From assembly GCF_009914755.1 (NCBI RefSeq), contig NC_060940.1: a stretch of 64,000 nt of DNA. One strand, 5' to 3'. Positions 54,031 through 64,000 of this stretch are shown piece after piece; positions within the stretch are counted from its first letter, which is position 1, and the number at the start of each line of letters is the position of its first letter. Both the position numbers and the translations under genes were made by a program. A model generated the notes under the pieces. It had not been told where the DNA came from. It searched no databases and was given only the letters and a program-made list of their open reading frames with translations. The DNA comes from the human T2T-CHM13v2.0 reference genome, Homo sapiens.

Positions 54031-57000
54031 TTTTTGTAGGTCATCATTGCTTTTCATGAGCTAACTCTACTTCCCTCAATGCTCACATGTTGCTAAACTA
54101 ACCAATAAGTGCCTGAATATTTCAGGTATTATCTCACTAACAGGATTTTGCACATCCTGTTTCCTCCTCACTGTTCCTTACAGCCTGGACAAATATGCCA
54201 TCATCTTCAGGTGCCACTTTAGACAAAATTACCTTGTAAGACAATCTCTGTCACCCTTTCCCCAAGACTGCATTCATCAGGTGTACCTCTTTTGTGCCCT
54301 CCCAGCACTGAATATTTATTTCCCACCCAAGTTGAGTAAAAATTGCCTGTGTTCTAGTCTATCTCTCCTACTAGATTCTGAGGTTCTCCAGGGCCGGGGC
54401 CCCTTCTGGTTTCCAGCTGAGCCCCAACTTACAGTACATTGCCAGGTGCTTTGCAGGGGTGCAATCAATGCTTGTTGGATTGAATGCTGAATCTCTCCTC
54501 TCACAAACGAAAATGTAACATCAGTGGCCCAGATTTTTCTCCTCCCAAGAGTGTTGGTGTTAATAGGGCTTTCACTAATGCCACTATGACATGTTCTTTG
54601 CATAGGGCTTGTTGGAAAATTAGATCAGGTGGCTTCCCCACTGTAACATATGACACTTTTCTAATTAGGGCAATGTTTAATTTACTGTCTCATGGCTTTT
54701 TGAGTAAATATAAATTGTCATACTAAAGTGACAGGTGTAAAACCCAGGATGGCTGTGTTAGAGAGGTTAATCTGCTGTTAATCACTTCAGTTCTGCTTGA
54801 CTTTCTCCTGGGGAGTGAGAGATAATGGCCCTGTTTAACTGGAGATTAGCCAGCTTTTGGCTGGAAATCCCTCAGGGTTCACCTGAGCCTCCCTGTGTCT
54901 TGTTCAGAATGAAGATATTCAAATGTGTTGATAATTAAATTTGGTCCTTTCTCCCTCCTTTGGCATCTCATGATGCAAGGATGCTTTCCACTGAGCCTTT
55001 CCATTGACCAGGAGGGTTTTCCTCTGAATCCTGTTAATTCTGAAATGTTCTGGAATGTTACGCAAAGACCTTCCAAAACTCTAAATTCCTGCCGGTAACA
55101 GAGTTGGCTATCTCAAGCCCCATTACCACTCATCATGGCAAAGTTGGAACAGTGATTGCATGACGGAGGAGGGCCTAGGTTTATCCTGGTTGTGGTCCCA
55201 TGAATGTGTCTGTGGTCTCGGAAGGGAGGAACTCTAGCCAGAAGCCAGTAAAACAGTTGATACAAGGAACTGTGAGACTGGAAGACACAAGCAGTATTGA
55301 TTTGGGGTCTAGGAGAATAAGTTAGGTCTGGGGTAGGGAAGAAAGGCATTCTCCTTAACTTTTGCTAAGGCTGTATTGTGACTTTGGTATTGTGAGAACT
55401 GTAGGGAACAGCCTTGCTTTGTAAGCTTAGGGATTTACAGTCTCAAGAGTGCTGCAGTCCTTACCTGTTAGCAGGGAAACATCAATTGTTCATCCTGGGC
55501 TCTGGCTCTAGGCATGAGGCACCATGATCAGTGGCTTTGCAGGCAGCAAGGCTAAACAGATACAAATGAGAAGAAATTCTGTGTTCTGAACTCCTGAAAT
55601 TGTTTTTAGGAAGATTTTGGAGGGATTGACAATTTCATTATCCAGGTAGGAGAAAGGCAAACAAAATTTGAATCATTACCATTAATTTGAACCTGCCTTT
55701 ATAAAAGGTGATATAATGACATGTTTAGAATAGCACAAACGAGGCAGAGTGCTGCATTCAAATCCCAGTTTAAAACACAAGTTATGTGGCTATGGGCAAG
55801 ACATTTAGCCATTCTAAGTCTCAGCATACTCATATGTAAAATGAGGTTGTGATTAAATGAGACAATGTGCAAAAGGCACTTAAAACTGCCTGGTTATAAA
55901 GTCAACATAACCATTAGTTATCATTAGTTATCACAGTCATTAGTTATCAGCATTATCATCACAATCATCATTACCATCATCACCCTGATTATCACCATCA
56001 ACATCAGTATTCGTACCGTAGAATAATGAAGACTGAGAAAATTAAAATTACTTTGGCATGAATTAATTAATTATAGGTGAGAAAAGCATTGATCAGACAC
56101 AGAGACTTGTCTCAGTAACACACAATCAGAACCAGAGTTAAATTTGAAACAACGTTTTATCGTGTGCTCTTCCCATAAAAAGAGTTGAAACAGGTTATGA
56201 AGAGCATATGAAGAGCATATGAAACAGGTTACTGAAAAATGGTGAATACAGTAGAATTATGTGTTATTAATTCCGGATGTGACATTACTACATGGGTGCT
56301 TGGTTTCAAAATTAAGAGCACGTTCCTAATTCTGAAATTTGGAGATTTCTTTTCTTTCCTACCTACAGATTAATAATATAATAAGAACAGACTTGTTCTC
56401 TTCCATCTGTCAGCCAGGCTTACACGGTTAATCTCCCCCGTGACCCTGAATTGTCTCTGGATTTTGGAGAGGCACAACAGTGCATCCACTTATGTTCCCG
56501 TAACTCACCCAGCATGTAAAACAAATAACTAGGCTGACATGTCTGAAGTGCTGTGTCGTGGGCAAAACAAGGAGGAAAGACAGTCTTGCTCTTCTATTTA
56601 TGGACTATAAACCCTTTACAGTGGCATTGATGAAGGGTTTATAGTCAGTACCCAAGCTGGTTACACCATAAATTGTAATGTTATATGATAAACTGGGACT
56701 TTATAGCAGTAGTAGATATCAAAGAAAAAAATGAGTTGGAGTCAGAAAGGATCTATCATCGAAGATACTTGCTGCAAGTTTAAATATTCAAGCTTGTTTT
56801 TGTCTTCATTTCACTCAAGCATTGGATAATTCATGTTCTTCAGTGTGGGAATATATAGATTTACCTAGCTATCAATTGTGTAAAAAAATAAATAAGAGAA
56901 AGCATCACCGAATGGTGAATGGCATAGTTATGATGTGGGTAAGAAATAGAAGAGGAGGAACACTGAATTATTCAAGCATTTGGGCTTTCTATTTTTACAC

Positions 57001-57666
57001 TGGCAGATGACAGGTGAGGCTTCCCCCTAGTTTGGGGCCTGCAAATATGGCACTGTTGTAAGACATCTTGGTTACTATATTGAGAAACAGAAAATATTTA
57101 CAAGGGAAATATGATGACTATAACTTAATTGCTTCTAGTTTACATTAAAGCTAAGAGCAGGAAAATGTCAACAAATGTTAATTTCCCAGCCTCTCTAATG
57201 GGTACACACTCTTTCAGCTCTCAATTCTGTCCTTATTCATTATGGAACCAAAATTGCTAATATTTACTTATTACTTATTTATATTTTCATTTGAAAGTAA
57301 AAATAAGCTCATTTGCTATAATAACAGCTTAATATTTCCAGTGCGAAGAAACTGTCTTTTAAAAGATTTCTATTAATGGCCTCTCAGAAGAAGAGATCAT
57401 AGAGTTCTCATTTTTTGCATATGGAATAGAGGGAAGTATCATTAACTTTGAACGTAATCATCATTCTCTTTAGTGCTTACTTACTGCTCTGCAAAAGAAA
57501 GTGCCTTGAATTCATAGAGGAAAGGAATGGCTTGATAGTGGCTTAAGGCTAAAACCAAACTGCAAAGAATGAGAGCCAAGAGAAACCATTCCAGAATGTA
57601 GGAGTTCAGTTTCACGTCACACTTGCAAGCCCGAGATTCCTTGGAGTTGACACGCTAAGAGGTCCC

Positions 57667-57741
57667 AAGGTCTCTAAGTTGTTTCACTGTTTTCATTTAA
57701 ATAAATGCATCCCCAAACACAATTTTATATAATCACCAAAA
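57667..57741 (+). repeat. 75-bp copy of 59664-59738 flanked by 10-bp direct repeat AGGTCCCAAG
   Basis: Manual alignment with 4 mismatches; aggtcccaag at 57660-57669 and 57741-57750. Confidence 0.95.
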
Positions 57742-58455
57742 GGTCCCAAGTAACCTGACAGGAGGCTGAAGGACTTGCTCTGAGCTAGGTGGCCTGAGTT
57801 CCTCTAGTTAAGTAGTAGTTAAGTTGTTTTCTCAAAGGCCTTCTATAGACTTTAAGGTGGAGTTCATCCCCCGGCCTTAGCTCAGTTATGTGACAAGCAG
57901 CTTGACAGGTCAATCATCCTCTTGTCTGCAATGACCCTACCTAAATCATATCAGTACTGGAAAAACCAGACCTCCTAGCTTGCCTGAGACTGATGGCCTT
58001 CCTGGGCCATGAGATTTTAAGTTTTTAAATCTAGTGAATTCCCAACAAACCAGGATTCACTGGTCACACTGGTGATCCTCAATTACTAGGAGTGGCTAAG
58101 AGAGAAATTAAGATGGCAGTTGTATAAGTCTAGGCAAGGCTCAGAGGGGAAAATTAATGGATGAGAAAGAGAGCCATTTGTATAGAGGTAAGGCTGTGGC
58201 AGGGGGTAAATATCTAACTGACTGGGTCTAGAGCAATGTAAGAAAATTCACATACCTTTTATGATAATTCTGATTGACTGGAAATGACTGCCTGGAACAA
58301 TCTGTTGAGAAGTATTCTGAGGCTACTTAACAAAAAAACGTGAATAATAAACTTCATGGAGTGAAAGAAAATGATAGCAGCAAGTGCACTACTTAGTATC
58401 CTGACATGGTTAAGAGAGAAAGAGAAGGAGAATCGACTAAGAACTGGATGTAGTT

Positions 58456-58675
<220 letters not shown>

Positions 58676-59663
58676 CTTTACTTAAAATTAACTTTAAAAA
58701 TCTTACTCAATAAAGAAGAAGCCATCACAGCCAGTGATTACAAATGAGAAAGCACACAAGACTAACACATAGAGTGTTACACCCTTTCTCTATGCAGGGG
58801 TACCTTCTAAACAAATAACCTTCTTTATACTGTTTGCCAACGTATTTCTTTTGTTTGTCTTTTCTATCCAAAAGACTATATTTTGAGCAAAATCACTGTT
58901 ATTAAATACTTTGAATATAGCGTTATTGCAGATGGTTGCAGAATGTATTAGTACATAGAATATGCCCCAATTTGCGTAAGAGCTCTCCTATTGTTACACG
59001 TCTGACTGCTAATATTCACCTGTTTTTTATTTACAAACATGGCTGTTTTATACAGTTCAACTTAATCACACACTTGCTCCTACCTGAACCTAAAAAAAAT
59101 ACTAACTACAAGAATAATGTCAACGTGCATTCTTGTAGCTAGGGTTTACTTGTTTCATTGGTTCTTTCCTCAGGGCAAGTTCATGAAGTGGACTTGCTAA
59201 CTCTAAGGATCAATACCAGTCCTAAGGAAGGACCATCAGATTTTAGCACTGGAAGGCATCTGCAAGTTTAGCCAGTGCTCACTGTAGAAAAGAAGCTGTC
59301 CCTGAAGCTGGATAATTTGTTCAGAGCTGGGACTCACAAGCAGCACCACGGACAGGTCCTTCCGAAGTCACCTCTTAAAACATGTGCATCCTTCCAGCCT
59401 CTGCTGTACTAGTCCTAAAATCATAAAAGCATCACATCCTCTTGCCAAAAATGCAGATCTCGTGAAGGCAAGTATGGTCATTTGTGTCCGACATTTGGAG
59501 GAGGGAGCCAAGTAGAGAGGGCATGTTTGGGCCACTGTAGATGCTGGTTTGGAACAGTGTTCCACAAGCTACAAGCAACAATTTACATTCCATCTTCCTC
59601 AACTCATTACTTATTTCTTAGATTATATTTGTTACTTAAGTTACAGTACGAAAGTGCATAATA

Positions 59664-59738
59664 AAGGTCTTTAAGTTGTTTCACTGTTTTCACTTAAATA
59701 AATGCATCCCACAACACAATTTTATATAATCACCAAAA
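59664..59738 (+). repeat. Probable donor of the 75-bp duplication
   Basis: aaggtctttaagttgtttcactg...aatcaccaaaa without flanking direct repeats. Confidence 0.93.
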
Positions 59739-60522
59739 ACCAATGTCTGTCTCATGTATATTAAAACATGATTAATTTTAAGTTTATTGATAGATCACCC
59801 CTAATCATTCTGTTTATCAATAGTAAATGTCACATTCTGGGAAACACTATACTCAAATATATTCTGAGGTCTCTTTTAATTCTCCTACTTTATAAGAAAA
59901 ATAAAATCTGATGAACATGTTTTTAACTAAGCTGCACATTACAGGTGTTTAGAATTGAACCGTAATTACAGCAATTGCCTTGGAGGCTTCTCCAGCTTGG
60001 CAGAGCATGTCCTGCCCAAGGGTAAAGTGTTATTAGTAACTGTGCCTTGCTTTGCCGTGGCTCTCATTAGCCTTTGCAAAGAACCCACCCATTTGTTAAT
60101 TTCTTTCACTCTCACTGCCTCACTGCCATGACCAATCAGGCGGGTCATGTGCTGGCTGCATTTTACAGACGAGAATTTTAAGACAATAGAAGTTTAACGC
60201 TTATTTATGTTTGCCCAGAAAACTTGCACTAACATGGCAAGTCATGTTTCTCTACAATAGTATTGTGTACCTTACTAGAGAGAAGTGGGAGAACTGGATG
60301 GTTTATAATCCAGGAATGTCTTCATTCTTGTCTTGTAAATGGGAATATTCTTTATCTGCCACTTTTTCTTCTCTTGGTTTCTTTCACTTATGTGATACTC
60401 AGCTGAGGTTGTCCTGCTAAGATTTTTCTTTTTAAGCCAGTGCCCTTGAATATGTGTTAGAATTAACAGCGGGGTACTTCTAAAATACGCTAAATCCTGA
60501 GCACAGTCCTGGGGACGATGCA

Positions 60523-61060
60523 TTTTTTTTTTAATTTTATTTTACGTTTGGAGGTACATATGCAGGTTCATTATGTAGATAAACTCGTATTACGGGGGTT
60601 TGTTGTGCAAATTATTTCATCACCCACGTACTAAGCCTAGTATCTCATCAGTGTCTGTCATTCCTTTCTTTGTGTTCATGAGTTCTCATCATTTGGCTTC
60701 CACTTATAAGTGAGAACATGTGGTATTTGGTTTTCTGTTCTTGCATTAGTTTGCTAAGGATAATCTCTGGCTCCATCCATGTTCCCATAAAAGACATAAT
60801 CTCATTCTTTTTTATGGCTGCATAATATTCCACAGTGTATATGTATCTCATTTTCCTTATCCAATCTGTCATTGATGGACATTTAGGTTGATTCCATGTC
60901 TTTGCTATTGTGAATAGTGCTGCAATGATACTATCAATAGAATAAACAGACAACATACAGACTGGAAGAAAATATTTGCAAACTATGTATCTGAAAAGCT
61001 CTAATATCCAGCATCTATAAACAACTTAAATTTACAGGGAAAAAACATTGAAAAGTTGGA
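60523..61060 (-). mobile_element. Older L1PA 3' end (minus, 60523-60928) joined to an inverted ORF2 piece (plus, ~60930-61060)
   Basis: Minus ORF 60648-60956 contains ALFTIAKTWNQPKCPSMTDWIRKM (L1 ORF2 C-terminus); followed by sense gactggaagaaaatatttgcaaactatg. Confidence 0.85.
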
Positions 61061-61594
61061 AATATTGATTTAATTGATAGAGGTGGTGCCTAGAAATTGG
61101 TGTTTAGAAACACAAACACCCCAAGTGACACCAAGGTGCACATTTTGGGTTGAGAACCACTGTTTAACCAGCATTGATATTACTCAGAATCTTTTTTAAA
61201 AATTCAGAATTCCAGGTTCCTCCCATTCTTCACAATCTATATTTTAACAAGGTTTTCATATTATTTGTGTGTATTAAAGTTTGAGAGGGACTGCTCTGGA
61301 AGGGCACTTGTCTACCTTGTATGTTTTTACTGGTGCTTTGGTTCACCTCTGTGAACACACTGTGCCCAGGGTCAAGAACTCAACTGACCCTGAAAATAAA
61401 CATTGAGTAAGTGAAACAATACATCTGTCTTACCATTCAGGCCTGAAGAAGTATATATAAGTATTTACTCATCCAAAGGATTTTGATAACATAATAGAGA
61501 ATTCCAAACTTTAGTATATGATTTTGAGCAGGCTGGAATCATTGTAGACTCCTTCTTCCACCTGAACCTTAGTTGGGCCCCCATATGTTATTAG

Positions 61595-61944
<350 letters not shown>

Positions 61945-63459
61945 TATTAGTCTTGGTAGTGGAAGAAAGAGGTTTGGGAATCAAATAGTTTCCCTATGTG
62001 TAGTGTCATCTTGGGCAAGTGACTTAACCTCGTAGAACTTTACAATGTTCTTAGGAGAATGAAATAAAAACGATGCATGCAAATTGAATAATGCATGATA
62101 TGATTCCATGAATAAGCTCAGATACTTACAAGTTGTAAGATCTTGGGGAAACATGTTTAAATCTGTGGGCCTCAGTTTTTCTTATCCATAAAAGAGGGAG
62201 AACAAGGGTGGAGATGCCTCAAGATTAAACGAGAAAACACCGTGCATGTATCTAGCAGGATGTTTGGCATTTGGACAATGCTCAATAATTTGTTGTCTTC
62301 ACTATCATCATCATTACTTCCTTCTATTGATTTCATATGTATTTAGATTGATCTTGATTTAGTAACTTCTGCCTGAAGGAAAAAAGACAAAGAAAAATTT
62401 GAAACCATCATCGCTTCTTGTTTTTTCTGCTTTTACTTCCCATTTTCTCTCTGATTGGTCAAGTTACATGTTCTTTGTTTCCCATTTTTTTCTAACAAAT
62501 CTACAAAACATCATCCTCACTTTATTCTGATATTACATCATTGTTGTGTTCTTAATGATCATCCTCCGATTTCTGGCATCAGGAGCCAAGCCGAATTTGA
62601 CTAGGGAAATCATGTTGCTGATAAGCCAAGATTTTAATCACCGGGAATGAACCGGCTGCCATTGGAGGCAGCAGAAATGCAAGCCTGAAAAGCCAGTGAA
62701 AATGACATGATTCCTTGTAGTTATAAAAAGTGTGGTGGAGACAGGGACAAAGTGTGGAGTTGAGTTTAGAGATGAAAGGTAGAAGAAGACCCAGTCTATT
62801 GGCAACGTCCCACCTCCAAGCAGCAAGGTCTCCCTTGAGGCAGCTGCCTAACACATTAGACCACATTTCTTAGCATGCTTTCCTCCTCAGTGAATATTCT
62901 GCAGCTTTGGATCTATGGCTTTGAAAGAAAGAAAAAAGACATTTCCATAAGAACAAATTAGCTAGCAGCTTCCCTCCCTGCTCCTCGCCCCACCCAAAGT
63001 CAGAGAATCACTTTGCAGCCGCTCTCTCCTGCGCAGAATTACCCAATTATCTTCTAAATTATAAAAGGGAAATCTTCCCCGCCAACTGTTCGTGGCAGGG
63101 CCAGGATGTGCAGTGTTGCAAAACTGCAGCAAAAAAATGTAAACAAAAGAATCCCGGAATAGGGGGCAAGCTGTCCACATACACCAATCCCAATAGCTTC
63201 AATCAAAAGCAGAATTGCTTCCCCAATAAATGAAGCCAGTACAACAAATAAACTCAGGCGCTAATTGCTGGCTGCAGATGTATTAACTGAAGCAAATGCG
63301 AACCTGGCAACCATTAATTATCTAATGAGGCCAGCAGTCTTCTGACGAGGTGGGGGCTGATTAAATATTAAAGAGTGACATATGGAAAGTGCCAGGAACA
63401 AAAGATTTCAATCTGGGGGGGAAAAAGAATGCACAAAGTTAAAAAAAGAGAGAGAGAGT

Positions 63460-63547
63460 TTCTTTCTTTACTCTCTCTTTCTTTCTTTCTCTCTTCCTTT
63501 CCTTTCCTTTCCTTTCCTTTCCTTCTCTCCTCCACATTCTTTTTTTA
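63460..63547. repeat. CT-rich/(CCTTT)n tract
   Basis: Direct reading. Confidence 0.85.
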
Positions 63548-64000
63548 AGACAAGAGCCATCTCTGTGTCTGAGAAAGGTAATTAAAGTCCCATTGCTAGC
63601 ACGAGTCTCAAAGTGACTTCATTGAAATCTGACTTCTGAAGCTTCAACGCAGATGAAAAGGTTTCAGATTAAAAGGGGGTGACAAAAACATTTTCATGTA
63701 AAAGCAGTTGTCTCTTTGTTTAACCCTTAGAGCTAGGGTGAATGCCTGCTCTTTAGCTACTGCCTCTGCTTTTCATCTAGTGAAAGCAAACTTCTCCACT
63801 GAATCAAACCATGAGGAATGTTCATAGGTAGGGTCCCTGCAGAAGCTGTTCCCAGATTGGTCTTTAAGCTTCTCTTCTAAGGCTTGTGTATTAAATCATA
63901 AAAAGAGTTACCCTTTATAGGACACTAACAGTGTGCCAGACACTCTGCTAAACCCTTGATATAAGTAATCCCATTTCTTCCACAAAATAACATGCAAGAT

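Noticed and set aside
60648-60956. 102-aa minus-strand ORF with protein-like sequence
   Set aside because: L1 ORF2 C-terminus/3'UTR remnant.

Overview
Primate (human-like) non-coding genomic DNA. I find no credible protein-coding exon, RNA gene or CpG island. The window is dominated by interspersed repeats: about 17 Alus, L1 fragments, MaLR/ERVL/ERV1 solo LTRs, hAT DNA transposons, MIR/L2 relics and microsatellites. Unique, motif-rich blocks lie between them and may be enhancers. The main element is a 5.66 kb internally deleted HERV-H provirus (34363-40025) with LTR7-type LTRs, a tRNA-His PBS and decayed gag/pro/pol. It integrated into an AluSq-like element and left a 5-bp GTCAG target-site duplication (TSD). 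Its 5' LTR lacks a 51-bp U3 repeat block that the 3' LTR retains, and a 232-codon leader ORF runs in frame into gag. Three short sequences are duplicated 2-2.8 kb apart. Two look like templated insertions: 122 bp inside a THE1 LTR and 75 bp flanked by a 10-bp duplication. There are also smaller repair-like scars and a perfect 14-bp-arm hairpin in a HOX/CDX-motif-rich block. I see no evidence of a new coding system. Repeat subfamily names come from recalled consensus sequences, and boundaries of old repeats are approximate.
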